The notes under the pieces were generated by a model, which was not told where the DNA came from, ran no database searches, and saw only the letters and a program-made list of their open reading frames with translations. Of a stretch of DNA of 64,000 nucleotides, positions 31,662-39,932 are shown piece by piece. The stretch spans positions 44,759 through 108,758 of the forward strand of contig JBIOFE010000001.1 of the NCBI GenBank assembly GCA_044446745.1. Reading direction: 5' to 3'. The stretch comes from Acidimicrobiales bacterium (GTDB lineage Bacteria; Actinomycetota; Acidimicrobiia; Acidimicrobiales; RAAP-2). Made by a program: the position numbers and the translations under genes. Within the stretch, counting starts at the first letter, position 1. Every line of letters starts with the position of its first letter.

Positions 31662-31716
31662 AGGGCTTCCCTACAACTCGATTGGCGGTCCCGGATCCGG
31701 TTCCAAAGGACCCCCA

Positions 31717-31745
31717 AGTCTAGGAAAAACGGGGTTCTAACGCAA
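31717..31745 (-). promoter_or_regulatory. Predicted housekeeping-sigma promoter of rplM-rpsI
   Basis: Minus strand TTGCGT-N17-TAGACT. Confidence 0.65.
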
Positions 31746-31783
31746 ATCAGCGGCCCGGTCCGCTCCCGGAACGCGGGCGCCGG

Positions 31784-33754
31784 CTACCAGATCGACACGC
31801 GCCGAGACGGGTCGAGCCACAGCGCGTCACCCGGACCCACGGCGAACGCGTCGTAGAACTCGTCGACGTTGCGCACGATCTGGTTGACCCGGAACTCGTC
31901 CGGGGAGTGCGGGTCGCTGGCCATGAGCAGCTCGAGGATCTCCGGGCGCCACTTGGACCGCCACGTCCCGGCGTACGCGATGAAGAAGCGCTGCGCCGCG
32001 CTCAACCCGTCGATCACTGGGGGCGCGGCCCCGGCGAGAGAGATCTGGTACGCCTTCCACGCGATGGCGATCCCGCCCAGGTCGCCGATGTTCTCGCCGA
32101 TCGTGAGGGCACCGTTGACGTGACGGCCCGGCGTCTCGCGGGGGCTCAAGGCGTCGTACTGCTCGATCAGCACCCGGGTGCGCTGTTCGAAGGCGGCGCG
32201 GTCCGACTCCTGCCACCAGTCGGTCAGGCGCCCGGTGCCGTCGTAGCGCGACCCCTGGTCGTCGAACCCGTGGCCGATCTCGTGACCGATGACCGAGCCG
32301 ATAGCGCCGTAGTTGGCCGCGTCGTCGCACTCGAGGTCAAAGTTGGGCGGCTGGAGGAACGCGGCCGGAAAGACGATCTCGTTCATCGACGGGTTGTAGT
32401 ACGCGTTGACCGTCTGGGGGGTCATGAGCCACTCGTCGCGGTCGATCGGCGCGCCGATCTTGGCCAGGTTGCGGTTGAGGTCGAACTCGCTGGCCGCTTG
32501 GGCGTTGGCGATCACGTCGGTCGCGTCGACGCCCAGCGCCGAGTAGTCGCGCCACCGCACCGGGTAGCCGATCTTGGGAGTGAAGGCGTCGAGCTTGTCC
32601 AACGCGCGCTGGCGCGTCGCGGGGCCCATCCACTCCAGGTCCGAGATGCTCTCGCGGTAGGCCTCGATGAGGGTGGCAACCAGCCCGTCCATGCGCTCCT
32701 TGGCCGCGGGCGCGAAGTGGCGCTCGACGTAGATCCGCCCGACCGCCTCGCCCACGGCGCCCTCGACGAAGGACACGGCGCGCTTCCAGCGGTCGCGCAG
32801 TTGCTCGGTGCCGGTGAGGGTCCGCCCGTAGAAGTCGAAGTTCTCCTCGACGAACGCGGCCGAGAGGTACGGCGCGTACGCGTGGACCACCTGCCACGAC
32901 AGCCAGTCCCGCCACGCGTCGAGGCGCGACTCCTCGAGCAGTTCGCCGAGTCCGCTCAGGAAGCTGGGCTGGCGCACGACGACTTCGGCCAGCGCCCCCG
33001 CGGGGGCGTCGAAGGCGCCGGACCAGGCGTCCAGGGCGACCGGCGCGCCCCCGGCGAGCGCCGCGGCCTGGGGCCACGCCATCAGGTTGTAGGTCTTCAC
33101 CGCGTCGCGGCTCGCGACGTTGTCCCAGTGGCGCGCCGCGATCTCCGTCTCGAGGTCCACCGCGCGCGCCGCGCGCGCCGCCGCGTCGTCCAGGCCGGCC
33201 AGGGCCAGCATCCGCTCGACGTGGGTCCGGTAGGCCGCGCGCACGTCGGCGAAGCCCTCGTCGCGGAAGTAGCTCTCGTCGGGCAAGCCGATCCCGGCCT
33301 GCTCCAGGAAGACGAGGTAGCGCTCGGGGTCTCCCGGGTCGCCGTCGACGAAGAGGTCGTACAGCGCGCCCAGGCCCCGGCGCTGCATCGCGCCGAGCGT
33401 GCCCATCAGCTGGGGGATCGAGTCCACCGCGGCCGCCAGCTCGAGCGGGCGGGCCAGCGGCGCGGCGCCGAGGCGCTCGACGCGCTCTTCGTCCATGAAG
33501 CTCGCGTAGAGGTCGCCGACCTTGCGCGCCTCGGTGCCCGGGGCCGCGCCGCGGGCCTCCTCGATGATGTCGCGCGTCGCCTTCTCGGACGCCTCGCGCA
33601 GGATCATCGTCGATCCGTAATACGGCCGGTCGGCCGGGATCTGCGTGCGGTCCATCCACGCCCCGTTCACGTGGCGAAAGAGATCGTCACCGGGGCGGAT
33701 GGTGTCGTTGAGGTCGTCGAGGGAGATGCCGGCGGGCAGTGGTGTCGGAGTCAC
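31784..33754 (-). CDS. M13-family zinc metallopeptidase (PepO/Zmp1-like)
   Basis: VNAYYNP, IVFPAAFLQPP, NYGAIGSVIGHEIGHGFDDQG (HExxH), GENIGDLGG, DPHSP..RVN. No signal peptide evident. Confidence 0.95.
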   Translation of the reverse strand: MTPTPLPAGISLDDLNDTIRPGDDLFRHVNGAWMDRTQIPADRPYYGSTMILREASEKATRDIIEEARGAAPGTEARKVGDLYASFMDEERVERLGAAPLARPLELAAAVDSIPQLMGTLGAMQRRGLGALYDLFVDGDPGDPERYLVFLEQAGIGLPDESYFRDEGFADVRAAYRTHVERMLALAGLDDAAARAARAVDLETEIAARHWDNVASRDAVKTYNLMAWPQAAALAGGAPVALDAWSGAFDAPAGALAEVVVRQPSFLSGLGELLEESRLDAWRDWLSWQVVHAYAPYLSAAFVEENFDFYGRTLTGTEQLRDRWKRAVSFVEGAVGEAVGRIYVERHFAPAAKERMDGLVATLIEAYRESISDLEWMGPATRQRALDKLDAFTPKIGYPVRWRDYSALGVDATDVIANAQAASEFDLNRNLAKIGAPIDRDEWLMTPQTVNAYYNPSMNEIVFPAAFLQPPNFDLECDDAANYGAIGSVIGHEIGHGFDDQGSRYDGTGRLTDWWQESDRAAFEQRTRVLIEQYDALSPRETPGRHVNGALTIGENIGDLGGIAIAWKAYQISLAGAAPPVIDGLSAAQRFFIAYAGTWRSKWRPEILELLMASDPHSPDEFRVNQIVRNVDEFYDAFAVGPGDALWLDPSRRVSIW

Positions 33755-33800
33755 CGGACCACGCTAGCCAACGACCTCGGCGCGGCGTCGAGCGACAAGC

Positions 33801-34664
33801 TCAGCGCGCGTCGGCGGGCCCGGTCGGCTCGTCGGAGTAGCCCACCGCCACCAGGGCCAATCCGGCCGCCGGCGCCGGAGCGGGCAGGCCGTCGCGGTGC
33901 GGCGTGGCCAGGCGCTCGGCGATCGTGGCCTCGCCCAGGCGCCCCTGGCCCACCGCCACCATGGTCGAGGTCAGCGAGCGCACCATCTGGTGGCAGAACG
34001 ACGTCGCGCGGATCCACAGGCGCAGCGCGCTCGCCCCGTCCGGCGCCAGGGTCCACTCGTCGTCGCGGCGCTCCCACGTGAGCTCGAGCACCCGGCGGGT
34101 CAGCGCCTGATCGGGCGACGAGCCGTCGGGGCGACGGCAGAAGGAGCGAAAGTCGTGCTCGCCCACCGCGGCCCTCCCGGCCCGGTTCATCGCGTCGACG
34201 TCGAGGGGTCCGGCGACCGCCCACGACCAGGCCCGCGTGAGCTCGAGGGCGGGCGGAGCGGTCTCGAGCACCAGGTAGCGGTAGGCGCGCCAGGTCGCCG
34301 AGAACCGGGCGTGGAACGCGCCGTCGACCGGGCGCGCCGCGAGGACCCGGACCCGGCCGGCCAGCTGGGAGTTGAGCGAGGCGCGCAGGCGCTCGGCCTC
34401 GGGCCGGCGCTCGTCGGCAAAGAGCGGACTGGCCAGATCGACGTGGACCACCTGCCCGAAGGCGTGCACGCCGGCGTCGGTGCGCCCGGCGCCGACCAGC
34501 GGGGGCGGGGCGTTCAGGCGAAGGGTGCGCGCGAGCGCGTCACCCAGCAACGAGACAACCGTGTCGTACCCCGTCTGGGGGGCGAAGCCGCGCAGTCCCC
34601 GGCCGTCGTAGGCCAGGTCGAGGCGCCACCGCCGGGTGGCGCCGGGTGGCTCAGACGAACTCAA
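33801..34664 (-). CDS. truA: tRNA pseudouridine(38-40) synthase
   Basis: LDLAYDG, GAGRTDAGVHA (catalytic Asp), FHARFSA..R.YRY, GEHDFRSFC, SFCHQMVRSL. Start approximate. Confidence 0.95.
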   Translation of the reverse strand: MSSSEPPGATRRWRLDLAYDGRGLRGFAPQTGYDTVVSLLGDALARTLRLNAPPPLVGAGRTDAGVHAFGQVVHVDLASPLFADERRPEAERLRASLNSQLAGRVRVLAARPVDGAFHARFSATWRAYRYLVLETAPPALELTRAWSWAVAGPLDVDAMNRAGRAAVGEHDFRSFCRRPDGSSPDQALTRRVLELTWERRDDEWTLAPDGASALRLWIRATSFCHQMVRSLTSTMVAVGQGRLGEATIAERLATPHRDGLPAPAPAAGLALVAVGYSDEPTGPADAR

Positions 34665-35013
34665 TGCGCGCCATCGGCGCGTTGTCGCCCTGGCGCGGCC
34701 CGAGCTTCAGGATCCGCGTGTACCCGCCCGGGCGCTCCGCGTAGCGCGGGGCGATCTCGGTGAAGAGCTTGTGGGCCATGTCCTTGTCGCGGATCAGCGC
34801 GACGACGCGGCGCTGGGCGTGAACCGAGCCCTCGGGGGACTTCTTGGCCGCCGTGACGACGCGCTCGATCACCGGGCGCATGGCCTTGGCCTTGGCCTCG
34901 GTGGTGACGAGGGACTCCGCGGCGATCAGCGAGGCCACGAGGTTGCCCAGCATCGCCTTCTGGTGGGCGCTGTCGCCCCCGAGCCGCTGGCCTCGGGTGG
35001 GGGTGCCGCGCAC
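34651..35013 (-). CDS. rplQ: 50S ribosomal protein L17
   Basis: LVTTEAKAKAMRP, ERPGGYTRILKLGPRQGDNAPMARIE. Confidence 0.97.
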   Translation of the reverse strand: MRGTPTRGQRLGGDSAHQKAMLGNLVASLIAAESLVTTEAKAKAMRPVIERVVTAAKKSPEGSVHAQRRVVALIRDKDMAHKLFTEIAPRYAERPGGYTRILKLGPRQGDNAPMARIEFV

Positions 35014-35015
35014 GG

Positions 35016-35957
35016 TCAGTCCTCCACGCGCAGTGACAGGCCGCGCTCTTCGAGCCGGTCCGTCACGTCCTTGAGCGACGTCGCCCCGAAGTTGGTGATC
35101 GAGGTCAGGTCGCGCTCGGTGGCGTTGATCAGTTGGGCGATGGTGTTGATGCCGGCGCGCTTGAGGCAGTTGCGCGAGCGCTCGGTCAGGCCCAGCTCCT
35201 CGATGCGGATGTCGAGTTCGCTGGCCGCCGCCTGCGCGGTGCCCACGTCACCCAGCTCGAGCGACGGCGCCTCCTCGTCGAATCCGGCGATGAGCTCGAC
35301 CAGCGAGCCCAGCGTCTTGGCCGCTGACGCCAGGGCCTCGCGCGGCGTAATCGAGCCGTCGGTGTCGATGTCGATGACCAGGCGGTCGAAGTCCTTGGAC
35401 TGCTCGACGCGCACGGGCTCGATCTCGAAGCTGACGCGGCGCACGGGCGAGAAGATCGCGTCCAGCGGGATGACCCCGATGGTCGACGAGCCCTTGTTGC
35501 CGTCGGCGCCGACGTAGCCCTTGCCGCGCTCGACGGTCAGCTCGAAGGTCAGCACGCTCTTTGGTGAGGTGAGGTACGCCAGGTGCAGGTCGCCGTTGAG
35601 GATCTCCACGTCGGCGGTGGTCGAGAGGTCCGACGCGGTCACCGAGCCCTCGCCGCGCTTCTCCAGGTGCAGGGTCACCGGCTCGTCGCTGTGCACCTTG
35701 AGCAGGAGGTCCTTCAGGTTGAGGCAGATGTCCTGGACGTCCTCCTTCACGCCCTCGATGACGCCGAACTCGTGCAGGACGGCCTCGAACTTGACACGCG
35801 TGGCCGCGGCGCCGGGGATCGACGAGAGCAGGGTGCGGCGCAGCGAGTTGCCCAGCGTGTGGCCGAAGCCCGGGTCGAGCGGCCCGATCCCGAAGGACTG
35901 GCGGCTGTTGACCTCCTCGCCGAGGGCCTCGATAGTGGGCCGTTGGATGATCAGCAT
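35016..35957 (-). CDS. rpoA: RNA polymerase alpha subunit
   Basis: PLDPGFGHTLGNSLRRTLLSSIPG, VLHEF, ERGKGYV, DAIFSPV, RSRNCLKRAGI. Confidence 0.98.
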   Translation of the reverse strand: MLIIQRPTIEALGEEVNSRQSFGIGPLDPGFGHTLGNSLRRTLLSSIPGAAATRVKFEAVLHEFGVIEGVKEDVQDICLNLKDLLLKVHSDEPVTLHLEKRGEGSVTASDLSTTADVEILNGDLHLAYLTSPKSVLTFELTVERGKGYVGADGNKGSSTIGVIPLDAIFSPVRRVSFEIEPVRVEQSKDFDRLVIDIDTDGSITPREALASAAKTLGSLVELIAGFDEEAPSLELGDVGTAQAAASELDIRIEELGLTERSRNCLKRAGINTIAQLINATERDLTSITNFGATSLKDVTDRLEERGLSLRVED

Positions 35958-35982
35958 GGGTACTCCTTCGTGGGGTGGGGCG

Positions 35983-36627
35983 TTACTTCGAGTACAGCTC
36001 GACGATGAGCTGCTCGCGGATGGCTTCGTCGATCTGCTCGCGCTGGGGCACGACGCGCACGGTGACGGCGAAGCCGTTCTCGGCGGTCTCCAGCCAGCCC
36101 GGCACGGCGCGGTCCAGGACGTCCAGGTTGCGCTTGACGTTGAAGTTCTCGCGGGTGGCGGCCTTCAGGGTCACCACGTCGCCCGGGCGCACTCGGTAGC
36201 TGGGGATGGTCACGCGCTTGGCGTTGACGCTGACGTGCCCGTGGCGCACCAGCTGGCGGGCCTGGCTGCGCGACGCGCCCCAGCCCGCGCGGAAGGCCAC
36301 GTTGTCGAGGCGCAGCTCGAGGAACTGCAGGAGGTTCGTGCCGGTGATGCCGGGCCGGCGATTGGCCTCCTCGTAGAGGTTGCGGAACTGCTTCTCCAGC
36401 ACACCGTAGGTGCGCCGGGCCTTCTGCTTCTCGCGCAGCTGGGTCAGGTACTCGGACCCCTGACGCTGGCGGTCCCGCCCGTGCATGCCCGGCGGGTAGG
36501 CGCGGGTCTGGCGGTCCGAGTTCTCCGAGACGGGACACTTGAGGGTGAAGCAGCGCTCGCCCTTCAGGTAGAGCTTGGTGCGCTCGCGCCGGCAGAGCCG
36601 GCAGACGGGTCCGGTGTAGCGGGCCAC
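35983..36627 (-). CDS. rpsD: 30S ribosomal protein S4 (Zn-binding Cys form)
   Basis: From GTG 36627: ARYTGPVCRLCRRE..KLYLKGERC...KC, QLREKQK, LELRLDNV, IVELYSK. Confidence 0.97.
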   Translation of the reverse strand: MARYTGPVCRLCRRERTKLYLKGERCFTLKCPVSENSDRQTRAYPPGMHGRDRQRQGSEYLTQLREKQKARRTYGVLEKQFRNLYEEANRRPGITGTNLLQFLELRLDNVAFRAGWGASRSQARQLVRHGHVSVNAKRVTIPSYRVRPGDVVTLKAATRENFNVKRNLDVLDRAVPGWLETAENGFAVTVRVVPQREQIDEAIREQLIVELYSK

Positions 36628-36629
36628 GA

Positions 36630-37025
36630 CTAACCCCGCCGACGCTTCTTGGGCCGACAGCCGTTGTGCGGCAGCGGGGTGACGTCCTTGATGGCCACCA
36701 CCTCGATGCCCGCGGCGGCGAGCGCCCGGATGGCCGTCTCGCGACCCGAGCCCGGGCCGCGCACCAGCACGTCGACCTTCTTCACGCCGTGCTCCATCGC
36801 GGCCCGCGCGCACTTCTCGGCCGCGGACTGCGCGGCGAACGGCGTCGACTTGCGCGACCCCTTGAAGCCGACGTTGCCCGACGAGGCCCACGACAGCACG
36901 TTGCCCTCGGGGTCGGTGATCGTGACGATGGTGTTGTTGAACGAGCTCTTGATGTGCGCGACGCCGAAGGCGACGTTCTTGCGCTCCCGGCGCCGGCCCT
37001 TGCGGACCGTGTTCGGCTTGGCCAT
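36630..37025 (-). CDS. rpsK: 30S ribosomal protein S11
   Basis: [49 protein letters not shown]. Confidence 0.98.
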   Translation of the reverse strand: MAKPNTVRKGRRRERKNVAFGVAHIKSSFNNTIVTITDPEGNVLSWASSGNVGFKGSRKSTPFAAQSAAEKCARAAMEHGVKKVDVLVRGPGSGRETAIRALAAAGIEVVAIKDVTPLPHNGCRPKKRRRG

Positions 37026-37402
37026 TACTTGGTGACCTTCTTCTTGCCGGCGACGGTGCGCTTGGGACCCTTGCGGGTGCGCGCGTTGGTGCGAGTGCGC
37101 TGGCCGCGAACCGGCAGCCCCTTGCGGTGACGGATCCCCTGGAGGCAGTTGATCTCCATCTTGCGCTTGATGTCCTGGGCCACGTCGCGCCGCAGGTCAC
37201 CCTCGACGGTGACGTTCTGGTCGATGTAGGTGCGCAGCTTGTTCACCTCGGACTCGGTGAGGTCCTTGACGCGGGTCGACTCGTCGACGCCCGTCACCGC
37301 GCAGACCTGCTGGGCGATGGTGGGGCCGACCCCGAAGATGTAGGTGAGCGCGATGACGACGCGCTTGTCACGCGGGATGTCGACGCCGGCGATGCGGGCC
37401 AT
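37025..37402 (-). CDS. rpsM: 30S ribosomal protein S13
   Basis: [43 protein letters not shown]. Confidence 0.98.
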   Translation of the reverse strand: MARIAGVDIPRDKRVVIALTYIFGVGPTIAQQVCAVTGVDESTRVKDLTESEVNKLRTYIDQNVTVEGDLRRDVAQDIKRKMEINCLQGIRHRKGLPVRGQRTRTNARTRKGPKRTVAGKKKVTK

Positions 37403-37410
37403 TCTTCCTC

Positions 37411-37524
37411 CTAGCCCTGACGCTGCTTGTGGCGCGGGTTCTCACAGATCACGCGGACGTGGCCGGCCCGTCGGATCACCTTGCACTTCTCACACATTGT
37501 CTTGACGCTGGCGCGAACCTTCAT
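37411..37524 (-). CDS. rpmJ: 50S ribosomal protein L36 (Zn-binding form)
   Basis: Not in the ORF track. Manual translation [37 protein letters not shown] (37 aa). Confidence 0.97.
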   Translation of the reverse strand: MKVRASVKTMCEKCKVIRRAGHVRVICENPRHKQRQG

Positions 37525-37551
37525 TGTCGAACTTTCTTCGTAGAACCGGAG

Positions 37552-37776
37552 CTACTTGTAGCGGTAGGTGATGCGTCCACGGGTCATGTCGTAGGGCGTG
37601 ATCTCCACCTGCACCTTGTCCCCGGGCAGGATGCGAATGCGGTGCATCCGCATCTTCCCGGAGCTGTGGGCGAGGACGGTGTACCCGTTCTCCAGCTCCA
37701 CGCGGAACATGGCGTTGGGCAGTGGCTCGACGACGGTCCCCTCGACGGTGAACGCGTCTTCCTTAGGCTTGCTCAG
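37552..37776 (-). CDS. infA: Translation initiation factor IF-1, apparent CTG start
   Basis: [75 protein letters not shown] lies 7 nt before the in-frame CTG at 37776. Confidence 0.95.
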   Translation of the reverse strand: MSKPKEDAFTVEGTVVEPLPNAMFRVELENGYTVLAHSSGKMRMHRIRILPGDKVQVEITPYDMTRGRITYRYK

Positions 37777-37865
37777 GTTCTGTCTCCTTGTTAGGCACTG
37801 CGGGCGTGGTGGAGCACGGCTCCGCCACGGATGGACCCTCGGACACGCCAAGAGGTCGGCCGACC

Positions 37866-37944
37866 ATTCTACCCCTTTTCCGCGTCAGCGCAAAAGTCGG
37901 CGGGATCGGGGCGACCATGAGAGCCCGAGCAGGGTGCCAGTGTA
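37866..37944 (-). promoter_or_regulatory. Two predicted tandem promoters for infA-rpmJ-alpha cluster
   Basis: TTGCGC-N16-TAGAAT (37893-37866) and an upstream -10 TACACT (37944-37939). Confidence 0.55.
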
Positions 37945-37978
37945 CCGGTCCCGGCCCAAATCGCATCAGCGAGCGCCC

Positions 37979-38233
37979 TCAGCGACTCTGGTGGCGCTCC
38001 TGGCGACGGCCCGAACCCTTGGACCTGCCGGCCCACCGAGTCGCGCCGGCGTTCCACGAACTGTCCGGACGCGGCTTGGCGGCGGGCGCGAGCGGACGGG
38101 CCTTCTCGCCCTCGGCCGTGGCCTCGGCGCCGTCCGACTCGTTCGGGGCCTGGTCGGTGGCGACGGCCTCGCCCTCGGTCCCGGCCCCGCGGGTCCGGGG
38201 AGTCACGCGCCCTCGCTTCGCACCCTTCTTCAC
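37979..38233 (-). CDS. Hypothetical 84-aa protein with basic termini and an acidic/Ala-rich middle
   Basis: TAGCGT-N7-GTG leaderless-type start at 38233. GC3-rich codons. MKKGAKRGRVTPRTR...WNAGATRWAGRSKGSGRRQERHQSR. Hidden inside a long shadow ORF in the track. Confidence 0.6.
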   Translation of the reverse strand: MKKGAKRGRVTPRTRGAGTEGEAVATDQAPNESDGAEATAEGEKARPLAPAAKPRPDSSWNAGATRWAGRSKGSGRRQERHQSR

Positions 38234-38315
38234 GTCCCCGACGCTAACCGCGTGGCGCCGCACCCGCTCGCCGGGCCCCGCGAAACCCGGCCGTACCACC
38301 GGGCGACGCGGCCAA

Positions 38316-38335
38316 GTTGTGACTGGCGGCCCTAG
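38316..38335. promoter_or_regulatory. Candidate DosR/DevR-type binding site
   Basis: gttGTGACtggcGGCCCtag versus the DosR core GGGAC-N4-GTCCC (8/10). Centred about 43 nt before ATG 38369. Confidence 0.4.
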
Positions 38336-38368
38336 CCGGTCTCCGGCGGGCCCGGCGAGGCTGACCTC

Positions 38369-38761
38369 ATGGGCGATCTGGGCAACGTGCGACGCGAGAC
38401 CCTTTCTCGCTCCGCGTGCGTCGCGCGACTCGCCGAGGCGGACCTGGCGCGCGTCGTGATCTCCGTCCGCTGCTTGCCCGCCGCGCTGCCGGCGCGCGTC
38501 GCGGTGGTCGACGACCAGCACCTCCTCCTGGCCAGCCCGGAGGAGGCGGTCGTCACCGCGGCCGATCGGGCCGAGGTGCTCTCGGTCCAGGTCGACGGCC
38601 TCGAGCCCGACGGGGCCACCTGGTCGGTCATGGCCTCGGGGATCGCGCGCACGGTGGCGACCGACGCCGCCCTCAACGACCGGCTCCGCGACGCGGTGGC
38701 CCGGGGCGCGACGATCGTGGAGCTGCCGCTCAGCGTCGTGGTGGGCGAGCGGGTCGGTTAG
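38369..38761 (+). CDS. Pyridoxamine 5'-phosphate oxidase-like (split-barrel flavin-binding) protein
   Basis: TLSRSACVARLAEADLARV...LPAALP...VLSVQVDG...WSVMASG fits the LSRxECxxLL...GRV..LP...FEVD...WSV pattern of actinobacterial proteins found beside Dos-type two-component systems. Confidence 0.7.
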   Translation: MGDLGNVRRETLSRSACVARLAEADLARVVISVRCLPAALPARVAVVDDQHLLLASPEEAVVTAADRAEVLSVQVDGLEPDGATWSVMASGIARTVATDAALNDRLRDAVARGATIVELPLSVVVGERVG

Positions 38762-38794
38762 ACCCTCGCGGCGCGCTGTGCCAGGCTGGTCGCG

Positions 38795-39931
38795 ATGGTC
38801 TTCCACCAGATCCGGGACCCCGAACGGCTCCACGCGCTGATCCGGGCCCTGCTGCTCATCGAGGTCGACACCGACCTCGACGACCTGTTGACCACCATCG
38901 TCGCCGCATCGGTGCAGATGGTCGGCGCGCGGTACGGGGCGCTCGGCGTCCTCTCCCGGGACGGTCAGTCCCTGTCGCGCTTCATCACCCAGGGGATCGA
39001 CGACCGGACCCGCCAGGCCATCGGGGCGCTGCCCTGCGGCGAGGGCGTCCTGGGCGAGGTCATCGAGCGCCGGACGGCCCTGCGCCTCGAGGACCTGACC
39101 ACCTACCCGGGCTTCCGGGGCTTCCCCAAGCACCACCCGCCGATGTACCGCTTCCTGGGGGCGCCGGTGGAGACCGGCGACGGACGCGTCTTCGGCAACA
39201 TCTACCTCACCGACCCGCTGGACGACGAGCCCTTCGACGAGGAGGACGAGATCCTGGTGGAGTCCTTCGGGCGCGCCGCCGGCATCGTGATCGACCAGGC
39301 GCAGCTGCGGGCCCAGCTGCGCGATCTCACGCTGTCCGAGGAGCGCGAGCGCCTGGCCCGCGACCTGCACGACACGGTGATCCAGCGGCTGTTCGGCGTC
39401 GGACTGTCGCTGCAGATCGCGCTGGGCCTCGAGATGGACGACGCCGTGCGCGAGCGCATCAACCACTGCGTGGACGAGCTCGACGTCACCCTCCGCGACA
39501 TCCGCACGACGATCTTCGAGATCGACCAGGACGACGACGAGAGCGGCTCGCCCAGCGAACGGGTCGAGGCGCTGGCGGACGAGGTGCGCTCACGCCTGGG
39601 CATCGAGGTCGCGGTCGAGATGCCGGCCGACTTCGACCGCCTGGTGTCCGCCCACAGCGCGCACCACGCCGTGCAGGCCCTGCGCGAGGCGCTGTCCAAC
39701 GTGGCGCGCCACTCGCGGGCTCGCGCGGCGCGCGTGACCGTCGCGGTGGACGACGACCTGGTGATCCTCACCGTGGCCGACGACGGCGTGGGCTTCTCCT
39801 CCGCCGCGGGCCCCGGGCGGGGCCTGCGCAACCTGAGCGCCCGGGCCGCCCAAATGGGCGGCTCCTTCGAGGTCGAAGCCGCGCCGGGACATGGCACACT
39901 GGTGCGATGGACCGCCCAACGACAGGCGTGA
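38795..39931 (+). CDS. GAF-domain sensor histidine kinase (DosS/DosT-like, HisKA_3 + HATPase)
   Basis: YGALGV, GFPKHHPPM..FLGAP, FGNIYLTD, ERERLARDLHDTVIQRLF (H-box), EALSNVARH, VADDGVG, GRGLRNL. Confidence 0.92.
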   Translation: MVFHQIRDPERLHALIRALLLIEVDTDLDDLLTTIVAASVQMVGARYGALGVLSRDGQSLSRFITQGIDDRTRQAIGALPCGEGVLGEVIERRTALRLEDLTTYPGFRGFPKHHPPMYRFLGAPVETGDGRVFGNIYLTDPLDDEPFDEEDEILVESFGRAAGIVIDQAQLRAQLRDLTLSEERERLARDLHDTVIQRLFGVGLSLQIALGLEMDDAVRERINHCVDELDVTLRDIRTTIFEIDQDDDESGSPSERVEALADEVRSRLGIEVAVEMPADFDRLVSAHSAHHAVQALREALSNVARHSRARAARVTVAVDDDLVILTVADDGVGFSSAAGPGRGLRNLSARAAQMGGSFEVEAAPGHGTLVRWTAQRQA

Positions 39932-39932
39932 C

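Noticed and set aside
37763-37918. 51-aa out-of-frame ORF overlapping the infA leader and start
   Set aside because: No SD, it crosses the proximal promoter, and the composition is unremarkable. Probably chance, though Ribo-seq could revisit it.
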